From Botryllus schlosseri (Eukaryota), in NCBI GenBank assembly GCA_051294905.1, contig CM119371.1:30320001-30384000 (forward strand): a stretch of 64,000 nt of DNA, read 5' to 3'. Positions 52,101 to 62,704 of this stretch are shown piece after piece. The position numbers and the translations under genes are program-made. The notes under the pieces were generated by a model. It had not been told where the DNA came from and did no database searches. It saw only the letters and a program-made list of their open reading frames with translations. Each line of letters opens with the position of its first letter. Within the stretch, counting starts at the first letter, position 1.

Positions 52101-55100
52101 AGGTCTACAGCAGGGGTTCTCAACCCGCGGCCCGCAGACGTCTATTTTGCGGTCCGCGACATCTTTCATTATAAACGCAATTGCTACTGACACGATGTTA
52201 CATTAATTTAGCTACTTAGCTCACTTATCGCACCGTCTATGTCTCGTTTAATTACTCATTCTTTAATGTATTCTGGTTTCTTGATATATGCTCGAGTGTA
52301 GATTGTTATTGTTTTGAATCGGTATTCGGCTGGACTCTAGTTCAAGAGAATTCCGTTGTGTAGTACACTCTTAAAGGGTGTTTCACTCAACAAGAACAAG
52401 GAACGGGAAATTAAACGGCGGGAACTGGGTTTGTAACTCCGTTTGGAACAATCAATTTGCTTTCTCAGATATAAATGGAAAACCGATGCTACATATTTGT
52501 CGAATAACAGTTTTCGTAACGAAGCGTAGAAGCTTAAAATTATACCACGACACTCTCTTCTGAAGTTATACGTATCGCCTGATGTTAGAAAAAACATTGC
52601 TAGCTAGGTGTCAAGCCCACCAATCTTTATTTCGGGGCATTGTTAAAATTGTCGACTATATTACAGACGCATGGTTTAAAATTGCTTGGAATATCGTTAA
52701 ACCCATGAAATTTGCCAAAGAATGTGTGATGTCAATATAAAACGAATATTCGCTGCTTCCGATACTTAACAGCAAGGACAACATCACCTGACAAATTTTG
52801 AAGTTACAGTTTTCTGTTTCAACCGTGACCAGAAGAGTAACAGCAATTTCAGTCGATCTTTCATCGCATGTTCTGAAATACGTTGACGCGTGGACTACTT
52901 TAGCCTAGAGCATCGGACGAATCCACTGACTCGACAGACATTACAGGGCGAATTCATTATCTGGGGGCTTTCTATTAGAGTGGAAATGCTGGCAGGGCAA
53001 ACGCGGGTAGGGACCAGCGAAAAACATCAACTTTAAAACGCTGAATTCTATCTGTATTCGTGCAGGGCTCCGCCCATTGAAGGAAAGGAGTAGGGTTGAT
53101 TGGTTTATTCAAAAATGACCCAAACGCCAGACTTCTTCTCATATCACTGAGAGCTCAAAGTGATAATGGCCTCTGTAGCGAAAAAGTTATCGGAATTTTA
53201 TACTTGCTCCCTCACGCATTGAAACAGAGACTTCGGTTCTCTGGTGGAAGGGTTTGAAGGTGCATATACTGACTTGACAACTAATGCAATGCACGCTCAA
53301 TGACGGGACATGCTTGCGCCGCTGAATGATAATATTCGCAGAAAAAAAAACTGGAATCTGGCGAACTCTGTCCGTTAATGCTTTAGAATGCATAAAAATG
53401 TACTAAACGCCCGTATACGACTGGTAAGTAGGCTATACTAGCCTAAATTTAATAATATCCCAGTATATACATGGAAATGATGATCTGCGGCCCGCAGCGT
53501 CTTTCGCTGTTAAAATGCGGCCCGTTATACGAGGGAAGTTGAGAACCCCTGGTCTACAGTGTATAAGCCTATTAGTTAGGTGTGGTGTTATGATATGCTT
53601 GATTGATCATGCGATGGGTTTCCGGATTGTTTTGATGACAGACAAGCATGTGGTCTGGTGGAATACACTTCGAGTCCGACTTGTAAAAGTATCTGTCTAA
53701 GTAGACAGCTAGAAGCTTAGTGATAATACTACATGGTGGCAGCGGTGGGATTCGAACCCACGCCATCGAAATGACTGGTGCCTAAAACCAGGACACCGTC
53801 AAGAAGCCAACGGTTCATCTGAACCTACCGGAGAGAATCCCGCGAGACGACCCTCGAGAATTAGAAATCCGCCACAACGATTTATTGAGCAATATTGATC
53901 ACACACAGGTTTCAAGATCAGGGGCAGAATAATCCCCTAACCTGTTGTACACCTTGGGAGTAGTCTACCTCCCTGGTGACTCTGTCTGTTAAGTGCAAAT
54001 GCCCTGCTCTTGCTAACCTTGCAGGGGTAGTGTCACCTTGTATATATTGTTATCGCTGCTGTATTGTGACTTGTATATAATGTAAGTAGTGTTGATGTCT
54101 CTTCCCCTAAAAAAGGGAGATGTGGTGTTATGATATGCTTGATTGATCATGCGATGGGTTTCCGGATTGTTTTGATGACAGACAAGCATGTGGTCTGGTG
54201 GAATACACTTCGAGTCCGACTTGTAAAAGTATCTGTCTAAGTAGACAGCTAGAAGCTTAGTGATAATACTACATTAGGGTTACCATATTCTAGGATCCGG
54301 CAGGGAGGACACTTTTTACAAATCACAAAAGTTAGATTACCGGACTAGAAAACTGCTGATTATAAAATTTTTACGGGAAATTCTCTTTGTGTTGACTAAA
54401 AAAAGGTCGTTTTCCTATCCTACTCCCGAAATACCCGCGTTATTTAAAACGTTTTTAGTTCAGCCTGTTAATTGGCTGTCAAATCTATAAAGAAGGGCGA
54501 ATTCCCAAAATGGAGGACATTTAATCGTCATTGGAGGACGCTTTCGATTCCTAGAGGATGGTGATCCTACTACCCGTGATACCGAAACTTCAAATATAGT
54601 GTCTCAAGTCGATGACCAACCTAGAAAAGCAGCCTCTCTCGTCTCCCAGGTTGTCACAGAACGCTACTCCGTCACACAGCGAAGCTCCAGAAACCATTCT
54701 TGTTTGATTATTTCGAAGACATCTGAAATTAACGTAAAGGGCGTTGCGAGAATCATATCATCAGTGGATACGTGATCAATATGACGACTTCAGTGACATC
54801 TGTCTACGATATCTTAAATTCAACTCCTCATACCAGAAGTCTAAGCAACCGGTACCCGACCCCTAAATTACGTCACGTTATCGAAATATGGGATCATCCT
54901 GTATATAAATGACTAGATCTTAAATGGACAGTATCGAAGTTTAATTTTTCTCGAGTAATTTTGACTATATACTTCTATTTAATGGGTTGTCATTTAGGCA
55001 AAACTAGACCCAAAGTCCTTACTTTTTCACTTACTTGGAACTATATCTACTTGTACAATGGTAGAAATTATGAACATTACTTCCACTTCTATTGGAGTAC

Positions 55101-58100
55101 CAGCGACTGCTACTTTGACCGCCCCTGATAACTATACCCGCGTAGAAGTCAGAGCAGGTAGCTTGGTATATTAACTATCTTCAAACTATCCCCGATTCCT
55201 ATTCATGTGCATGGTTGCAAGCTCCTAAGTACCGGCGGTGGGCAGCAACAATATAACAATACTCTCACCCTCAAGAAAATATGAGAAATAGTGTCATCAT
55301 AGTGTCCTATATGGTGTCGACACAGGCAAATCTCACGCCTCAGTGAAATTGTATCACGTCACAATTTCCATTTGGCTACAGGCAATTTGACGGTCATATT
55401 TGACCGGCTTGCCGAGCATTAAATTTGGTAAAACGGGTATCAATCGAAAGCTGACTCTGCACTGATTACGAAAATATAAATTTTATTCCGCTCGTGGCCC
55501 TGGAACTCCCACAATCAGCCTCGAATTTTTCTTTGTTATGGAGATTGGTATTGGGACGCAACAATGCTGAACAATGCTGTCTGAAACTTTTTCTCTTGAA
55601 CTACTCTCTCGTTTCGCCAGACAGCATTGTTGCGTCTCAATGCCAATCTCCATAACAATGAAAAATTCGAGGCTGATTGTGGGAGTTCCAGGGCCACGAG
55701 CGGAATAAAATTTATATTTTCGTAATCAGTGCAGAGTCAGCTTTCGATTGATACCCGTTTTACCAAATTTAATGCTCGGCAAGCCGGTCAAAAATGACCG
55801 TCAAATTGCCTGTACCCAAATGGAAATTGTGACGTGATACAATTTCACTGAGGCGTGTGATTTGCCTGTGTCGACACCATATAGGACACTATGGTGTCAT
55901 AGTGGGCAGAAATAGTCTCATGCATAAAAACTTCATTGCCATCAAGTGCAACACATTGGGATAAAGTCTGTAAGAAATTATTAAGATAAGAGACGATTGA
56001 TCTGTTTTCAAAATGAAATGACAAAATATCACAGTTTGGCAGCGTTCATTATTGTAAGTGGATTCAACTTGAAAGTCATATCCTTACAGGATAAAATAAA
56101 GATTCCTACTAACAGTGGTACAAATCGAGCGTTTGAAGTTAGGAAATATTCACAGAAGGTTGCGTTGGTCTCACAGTCACATTCCTCTGAAAAGTAGAAG
56201 TTGCATTCCGGTATACCATTGCATCCATTGGCATCTGAGAAAACCACGTATGCGATTCAATCAACGCACAATGAATAAATGTACTCAAGAGTGGTGGTAC
56301 CACGAATTCACGAGTCCAAATTATATTCTAGCTAGTGGAAAGTTCGACAGCATCCCGAATCCAGAAAAAATGAGCCGAATTATCGCTGGAATGAATGTAG
56401 CAGCCGCGAAGAATTCAGCAGAAAAACTAGTTTGACCTAGCAAATGCTCATTCGTTGTTATCAGACAAGTTCAACTTTACACTCGAAAAGCAGCATCTCC
56501 ATGCAGGGACGTAGCCGCAACAATGAATTGGAGGGGTATTAAATCGGAGCACGGAAGTTACGCGACAAATTCGTCGTAATGTAGCAAAATAAATTCAGTG
56601 ATTATTGCCTACAGCCCGGAATTGAGGGAGAAGCCGCATCTTTTGCCCTCGTCGAGTATGCTCCACTAATTATATGTCCATACACTACAACGGTGTGGCT
56701 CTCAAAAATTTTCAAAAATCAACGCCTTAGTGATTTCTTTGAAGATTCCCGAGCTATCTTAAAATTCATTCGAATAGACATCGCTCCCCAACAACTATGC
56801 AGATTCATTTTGGCCGTTCAAATACTTAGTGTAACGCGGGTAAGATAAAGGGATGATATATAGGCCGATCAAACACACACTAAGTGGGTATTAGAGATGT
56901 ACAAGATCAAGGACTGCATTCTAAGTTTCTAGCGCAAGAAAGTTCAATTTCTGTTGGTATACGTTTGTATACAAACACCATTGCATTGTCGAGGTATAAT
57001 GAGAATAATATTGACGGCAGGTGCAAAATCTGCTAAACCTTATTCATGATATTCTTGGATGCGGATTTCAACAGCAAACACGGAAACAGGATCAGAATTC
57101 TATTTTATCGAGCAGGATCGGATCGGGATCCCGAAAAACCATTATCCGTACATCTCTTGTAGGTATATGGTACAGTTTTTGTAATTAATAATGATTCATA
57201 TCTCAGCTGAGATATTTCAGTTGCGCAACAGCAGTAGTTTAGGAAAATCGTATAAGCCGCGATGTCCACCACACAATTCCATATTTCGCCTAGGTGTAAA
57301 TAATTTGCTTCCTTATTTAAAAGCGTGTCTGATAATATGGGGGTGCAGTCGGCCCCAAACAACAATATTATGATGAAGATCATGGGTGCGTCTATAAGAG
57401 ATAATGTTTCATATTGTCCACCTATCAACTCCTGAACTCTAATATATAGGCAATCCCATGACGCCAATATTAACCGCCACCGAACTTATTACTGTGTTTG
57501 CAGAGGTGCATTATGTAAGCAGTTCTTCCCAACCAGTGGATCGCGAAGCTATTACAGGTTGGTCGCGATGAATTTTCAAATGTTGCAGTTTTCTAATCAA
57601 TTTTACAAATATCCCAGACTCCTTACCGTGTCACGACTATTAAACGAGCAAATACACGTTCTTCGCCTCTAAATAAAATTGTGCTCGAGCCATAAGCGTA
57701 TCCAGTCACGTTCCCGTGCTCGCAGCAATTCGTAACCCAGATGTGACAGTTAAGGTTGCATTTAAAACAAACGGTGTTTTAAAACACCTTGTTTAAAACA
57801 TGTTTTAAACAGTCTTTTAAACAAATGCCTTTTAAAAAAGCGAAATTGTTTTTTTTAAACGTCTAATTATGCTACAATTGTGTAAATACGTCCGAAAAAA
57901 ACCATGTAGTATGAGCCTATATAGACGTTTTACACCAAAAATAGTCGACGTATACGATGTGGGGTGGTTGGAACATGCGCCATCGCCGTCGGTACAACAG
58001 TTATAGCAAGTAGATATAGATCATTGGTACGGACTAGGTGTTCAGATGGTGATGACCGTAAAAATGCTGAATAACGATGTAGTCCTGGTTAAAGATATTT

Positions 58101-61100
58101 TTGGTCTGTTTATGACAATGGTCGGAAGCCCTTTTCGTCAAAGAGCCATATTTACCATATATTTTCAATTGTCAATGCCACCCCGTGACGTCATTGCTAA
58201 AAAAACAATAAAAAGACATGTTTTAAACCGGGGTCTTATTTTAAACACGTTTGTTTTAAATTGATTTTTGTATTAAATGCAACCCTAGTGACAGTCAATG
58301 TTATTGGAGCGCGAAATTAGACAGTGCACAGTGCATGAGAATTGGAATTCCTCCGTTCCTCGCAAGTCTTAACGTAGTCGATCGGAAAATGTCGCAATCC
58401 AACCTGATATGCCGCTATAATCAATAAATTGCCGCGATGGAAGCCACTCAGAACCCATTTGCGTTTGACGTAACACACGAATGTACTGATTGAATATCTG
58501 CTTTCTCGTTTATAATCAGCATTGTGCGTTTTATCATGTTCGTTTTCGTTTGATCATATCGCATTGTGGGCCGCACAATGAAACTTGCATTGCAATGGGT
58601 CGCCAAGTGAAAAAGGTTGGGGAGCACTGATGTATTGGCTGGTCCTTTTTATATCTTATATAAAACCTGCAATTGTGCAAACTTACATTCTTGATATGCA
58701 TAAGGACAGGTGTAGTTGTTTCCCTTGCGTTGTGGCTGCGGTAATATTTCAGTCAAGTTTGAAAGCAAAAATTGACCTCCTGAAATACGAAATTTTAATT
58801 TAATGAATTAATCTACCTCAGTGGTGCTAAAACTTTTTGATACGCCCCGCCCCTTATCGCAGGCACGGGCTATATACGGCCCTCGGGCCGGATCCGCCCC
58901 GCGAAGGGATTTTGAGCGGCCCGCAGAGACTTTATACACGGAAAGTAAAATTCTTATCTGAAAGTATTGACAAATTTTATGCGTCACAGTATGCATCAAG
59001 TTTAACAACCTGAGAAAGATGGACATGAAACTACTTACTCTGTACGGGTCTACATACATTTCCGACCTTGAACGTTAACGAGAAAAGGCTGCGTCCCAAT
59101 AACTGATGTTCACGTGCAGTCTTTACTAACGGTTTATACATACGACATGCAGCCAGAGTTCAAAGAACTCGTTGACAACTTTAACCGACCACAGATGTCT
59201 GATTGACTTCAACAGCTATTGTTGATAAATTCATTAGATACTGATTTTGACCTATATGTTTAAAGTTTACATTAAATAAGATTTGCCCTTTGTATAGGTG
59301 TACAAACACGCGATTCTGTAGCCTATATATTCTGTAATCCGGCCAGTCAAGTACTTCATTTCCCATATCCGGCCTGCCGACCAAAGAAATTCCCCTCCCC
59401 TGCCTTATCGTCAACTCAAAAACGTTATAAAGGTAAACCAGGGTGTATGAAATAAAACCGCATAGTTTCACGACAAAGTTGTTTGGGGACATCAGAAAAT
59501 CTAGTTCGATATCAGACCACACATAGCAATTAGCAACACCAGGAGGTAAATCGCGCGAATTGAGAACATATTTTTCAGGTGATTGGGTATTTAATCAAGA
59601 TTGGCATGCGTGTGCATATTTCAGCGTTTTTTATTTTTTCATTCTTCCTTCCATGCCGTTAGAAACTAATTTCGTGGGCCACATAACATTGAAAACTAGC
59701 ACTTTTCGCGGGCTGCACAATATTTCACTGCAAGTCGTTGATTGCGCGCTTCTGCTATATACATTCCTTGATGAATGCAGAAATTACAATCAAATTATGT
59801 TCTGTAAGAGAAGCCTTTATCTGATTACTTTTGGCATCCTACAAAATGTGTCCTAACTGAGCATACGAGGAATGGTTATATACTTTAAACCAGGGATCGC
59901 CAACTATAAACGGGTCGCCGGCGACTTTTAAAATGTAGTACAGGCAGCGGGTCGCATGAATTCAACATCGCAATAAAATAGGTCACCCCGTTTAACAATT
60001 ACGTTTTTAAAACTTTATGTCAGTACAATGTTGCGCAATCCAACATGGACTACTGACATAGTTACCACGAAAGAAATAATTTATTTTCAAGAAAATACAA
60101 ATACAACAAAAATTATCATGATCACCACTTGCATCATGTTTTGAACTACGAGCTGCGCACCTGATAACACGTTTAAGCGTATAAAGAATCGATGTTGGTG
60201 TTTGCAGTACATGGTATTTGCAGTAAAACGAACTCTTCTTAAAGCTTGGTCTTGTGGGGAACAACCAAGTCGTTTTTTAGGCGTCTTGGTCAGAGGTCTC
60301 AAACTCAAATGTGCTCGCGGGCCAGTTTTCCAGTTTTGACGACGCCGCGGGCCGCATCATTTATAGGGGTATTCTATGTCTTTCCAAGTAGGCATTATTT
60401 AGCGGGAATGAATTGTCCTATTGAAAGTGAGCCGATCCACCAGACTGACAGTAAACATACATCGTCAAAATGTGATTTACTCTTGTATCAATTTAGGCCT
60501 GATACGAAAAGAATCATTACATTTGAATAGAATTGTTGTTGTACTCAACTCAACGATTAAGCATAATATATATTAATTATAAGATATAGACACCATATGG
60601 ACGGACAAACGTATGATGCCATCACAAAAGCTATCGGGTTATAATTTTGCAGCTACTGTGAATATTTTGAATTTAACAGATTGATAATAATGGAGACTGA
60701 TCTGATATCAAACATTTTTAGGTTGATCATTGCAATTTCAATCCAGGATTCGGGTATACTTCTGATAAGTAGGCTATTAATCTCATGGCCAAATATCTTC
60801 AATAATAGGAGCAGTAAAAATATAAATATAATATAAATATATTGATGAATGTGTCCTAGTGATTGAAATGTCGGAGCGCCGAACGGTCCATTGTTGCTAC
60901 ATCGTTGGAGCGTACCACGGTACTATCGGAACCTTAGAGTGACCCTAATAACATGGTTTAGCGACCAAAGATGTAACTAACAGATTGCCAATGGTTGTCA
61001 TAACTACTTGCTTAGTTAGCGAAATACCAAGCTGCGACCTTCTGATCTATTACTATCCCTCCTGTACGCGACTAGTTTGTTGCGTCCATGGTTCTAACAA

Positions 61101-62195
61101 ATTCACGGTATTCCGAGTCCACTCGCGTCATGTTTTGTCATCGAGTTAACCCGAGTGTGAGTAATTCTAAAAAAGGTCGCGTCCAAGTCCAACTCACAAA
61201 TTTCAGTCACGAATCGTCTATGGGTCAGGTTTTGTCATCATGAATTGGAAATGTGGCGAAATAGTGAATCATCTACTGCGACAACGTTTGCAATTGATGT
61301 GATACTGATGTTTGATTAATAGTTTCAGGCTTTCGGGGCAATGTAAGAGGGAATATTCACTTTATAACCTGAAAATATATATGTGACACTTATATATTGT
61401 CAAATTAATAAAAATCTAAAATGTCGTTGCGGGCCGCACAAAATGCTCTGACGGGCCGTATGCGGCCCGCTGGCCGCGTGTTTGAGACCTCTGGTCTTGG
61501 TCTTGGCCGTGTCCGGGCCATAACGCGTGACGGAAATATGTCATTCGTATTCGCTAATTTTTCCTCCATGGAATGTTATTGCCATCGCCTAAGCCGTATC
61601 ACTATCAGCTAGTAAGGAATAGTGATGTTGGGCACAGGAGAATAGCTTATTTTGAACAAAACAAAAAAAATTAAACTGAAATCAATTTCAGCATTTCAAA
61701 ATGCTTTACTAAGCGTTCGTCCGATATCTCGAATCAGTTCGCGGGCCGCGTGTTGGTGACCCCTGCTTTAAATCAATTTCATTCACATATTTGTACCATA
61801 TAGATTGAAAGGGTATACTACACATGCTACATGCCTTTATGTGGAAATGGCTAATTTCGCCTATTGGGCCTATATACGGCGTGAAACCAATTAAATAGAA
61901 AACTAGAAATTGTGCACAATTTACAAGTTCATTTTGTACAATCCTACATTTACATGTAAAATATCCCAGGTTTGAATATGAGGAATGGATAATTGGTTAT
62001 AGTGCTTCCATAGACGAAAAGTATGAGGATATGAGACACAGCTATCAAAGTGATCGAACTTTAGATACGAGTATACTATATCCATGTTCGTCAACTTTCA
62101 AGTAGCATCACGTTCAGACGCTGGCATTGTATTAAGTATGCTATAACTTACGTTTTCGACAGCCTGTTTCATCTTGGCCGTCCTTGCAGTCAGCA
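34177..62195 (-). CDS. Gene B: LDLa-repeat-containing rhodopsin-class GPCR (GRL101/RXFP-like 7TM, no LRR); 5' exons lie beyond 64000
   Basis: 14 GT-AG, phase-consistent exons: 62152-62195, 58687-58779, 56114-56234, 54621-54722, 50396-50462, 50247-50333 (DCPDGSDERNC), 45206-45335 (ICDGVQDCEAGSDEC...VAWII), 43040-43197 (TM1-2, LSLSDFLVG), 40002-40183 (TM3, WRSSGACSALG), 39368-39493 (TM4), 38224-38328, 37944-38162 (GYYSSHTVCLP, TM5), 36077-36234 (TM6, SDFLCWMPI), 34177-34508 (TM7, PINSALNPLLYS, stop TGA). Confidence 0.93.
34600..34863 (-). mobile_element. tRNA-derived SINE, family 2 (Meta-SINE-like core)
   Basis: Minus strand reads tagtgtaatggtt (box A)...ggttcgatccc (box B), then gggtcataccaaagactcgaaaaatggta...cctgctaggcgctcagca and a (TC)n tail. 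Confidence 0.75.
35170..35445 (-). mobile_element. tRNA-derived SINE, family 1
   Basis: Reverse-complement homology to 12940-13220, with an (aaac)n tail. Confidence 0.75.
36831..37360. mobile_element. hAT (Charlie-like) MITE
   Basis: Perfect TIR cagtggttcccaacc / ggttgggaaccactg with exact TSD gactatgg. Confidence 0.9.
38393..39120 (+). mobile_element. Family-1 SINE interrupted by a ccggat-repeat MITE (38640-39072)
   Basis: SINE body runs to aaatgaccaatgtag, then the insert, then resumes taatgtagtcggaacaccatgaata plus a (caa)n tail. Flanks caatgtag/taatgtag are a near-TSD. Confidence 0.75.
40292..42143. mobile_element. Head-to-tail dimer of a ~960-bp non-autonomous TIR element (TA-flanked, Tc1/mariner/pogo-like)
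   Basis: Left TIR ta|ggggagatgtggtaccgatggatca occurs at 40292 and again at 41183. A single right TIR ends at 42143|ta. The two bodies are homologous with ~890-bp period. Confidence 0.85.
42380..42789. mobile_element. Diverged, left-truncated member of the foldback family at 55298-55893
   Basis: Internal palindrome (aaaatcagccttgaattttggattgtgatggag / ctccatcacaatccaaaattcgaggctgatttt) and a right arm homologous to 55650-55893. Confidence 0.75.
43722..44268 (+). mobile_element. 5'-truncated non-LTR retrotransposon (I/Jockey-group-like) 3' fragment
   Basis: ORF remnant RLQTGHCRLAAHLLKIGCADSPLCNVC...LLHCKKY (C-terminal CCHC region), a taa-rich tail, and direct repeat atcaattaaat at 43711-43721 and 44269-44279. 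Confidence 0.8.
46621..48195. mobile_element. hAT-like element carrying a transposase remnant, inner layer
   Basis: TIR caggcctgtttatttttgga / tccaaaaataaacaggcctg with exact TSD atcatcac. Confidence 0.92.
46850..47991 (+). pseudogene. Decayed hAT-like transposase (C-terminal part)
   Basis: GC-richer coding-like tract broken by stops and frameshifts: TGRIRGDTTRVEEAAWYEIVRVRCG, GYLQRQQDLI...PKFVDTCWLS, LPCLPHQVV, and FPTTATVEADFSKINWEKGHYRASPTDFYLEGILQ, which resembles the hAT C-terminal dimerisation motif (S..VER.FS). Confidence 0.8.
49240..49524 (-). mobile_element. tRNA-derived SINE, family 1, inserted in a gcaactttt-family element
   Basis: Reverse-complement homology to 12940-13220, with an (aaac)n tail. 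Flanked by agatcgctt on both sides. Confidence 0.8.
50790..51216. mobile_element. hAT-like MITE with aatcc subrepeats
   Basis: TIR cagagatgagc / gctcatctctg with exact TSD cctcttac. Confidence 0.88.
52111..53551. mobile_element. hAT (Charlie-like) non-autonomous element
   Basis: TIR caggggttctcaac / gttgagaacccctg with exact TSD gtctacag. Confidence 0.9.
53581..54273 (+). mobile_element. Miniature LTR retrotransposon (TRIM-like, Gypsy-derived)
   Basis: Identical 153-bp LTRs (53581-53733, 54121-54273; TG...CA), 5-bp TSD ttagg, tRNA-Leu PBS directly after the 5' LTR, and PPT aaaaaagggaga before the 3' LTR. Confidence 0.95.
53734..53791 (-). other. 58-nt antisense copy of the 3' part of tRNA-Leu(UAG) including CCA (extended PBS; not a tRNA gene)
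   Basis: Minus strand ctggt-tttaggc-accag-tcatttcgatggc-gtggg-ttcgaat-cccac-cgctgcc-a-cca comprises the anticodon arm (TAG), long variable arm, T arm, acceptor 3' strand and CCA. There is no D arm or 5' strand. Confidence 0.9.
55298..55893. mobile_element. Foldback (long-TIR) element, P/Galileo-like
   Basis: Near-perfect inverted arms of ~270 bp beginning catagtgtcctatatggtgtcgac, a short spacer, and a 7-bp direct repeat gtgtcat on both flanks. Confidence 0.88.
57751..58287. mobile_element. MITE nested in a Charlie-like element (~57520-58629)
   Basis: TIR taaggttgcattta / taaatgcaacccta with exact TSD gtgacagt. Confidence 0.8.
58860..59402. mobile_element. hAT-like MITE
   Basis: Exact TSD ccttatcg and inverted homology to 2110-2649. 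Confidence 0.8.
59891..61765. mobile_element. hAT-like element containing nested hAT-like element 60291-61493
   Basis: Outer TIR cagggatcgccaac / gttggtgacccctg with flanks ctttaaac/ctttaaat. Inner TIR cagaggtctcaaac / gtttgagacctctg with exact TSD gtcttggt. Confidence 0.85.
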
Positions 62196-62423
62196 CTACG
62201 CAACACAAGAACAGTTTAGTTACAGCTCTAGTATCCAACCTTTGACAGTACATATAGTCGGATACAATTTGCTTAAAATACAGCGCATAGTAAGTGACGT
62301 GGGTATCCACCACTTTGGATGCATCACTTGTTGGTCTGATCAATATTTTTCGATACATACGTATCGCGAAAAAAGGTTCGTGGATCCAGACTTGGACAAC
62401 TAGAAAATTTTCAGCTTTTCTGA

Positions 62424-62704
62424 ATTAGATTAGAATTAGAATTAGAGCTCCACAGTTTTTTTTAAAACTAGATTAGAATTAGAATTAGAGCTACACAGTT
62501 TTTCCAAATTAGATTAAAATTAGAATTAGAGCTCCACAGTTTTTTTCAAACTAGATTAGAATTAGAATTAGAGCTACACAGTTTTTCCAAATTAGATTAG
62601 AATTAGAATTAGAGCTACACAGCTTTTTTCAAATTAGATTAGAATTAGAATTAGAGCTACTATAAGCTTTTTCAAGATTAGATTAGAATTAGAATTAGAG
62701 CTAC
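62424..62704. repeat. Minisatellite, ~40-bp unit (ttagattagaattagaattagagctacacagttttt), about 7 copies
   Basis: Directly visible tandem array with degenerate units. Confidence 0.9.

Noticed and set aside
53734..53791. tRNA-Leu gene on the minus strand
   Set aside because: It lacks the 5' acceptor strand and D arm, carries an encoded CCA, and abuts an LTR. It is a reverse-transcribed primer copy.
62424..62704. CRISPR-like repeat array
   Set aside because: The intervening sequences are near-identical rather than unique spacers, there are no cas genes, and the context is eukaryotic.
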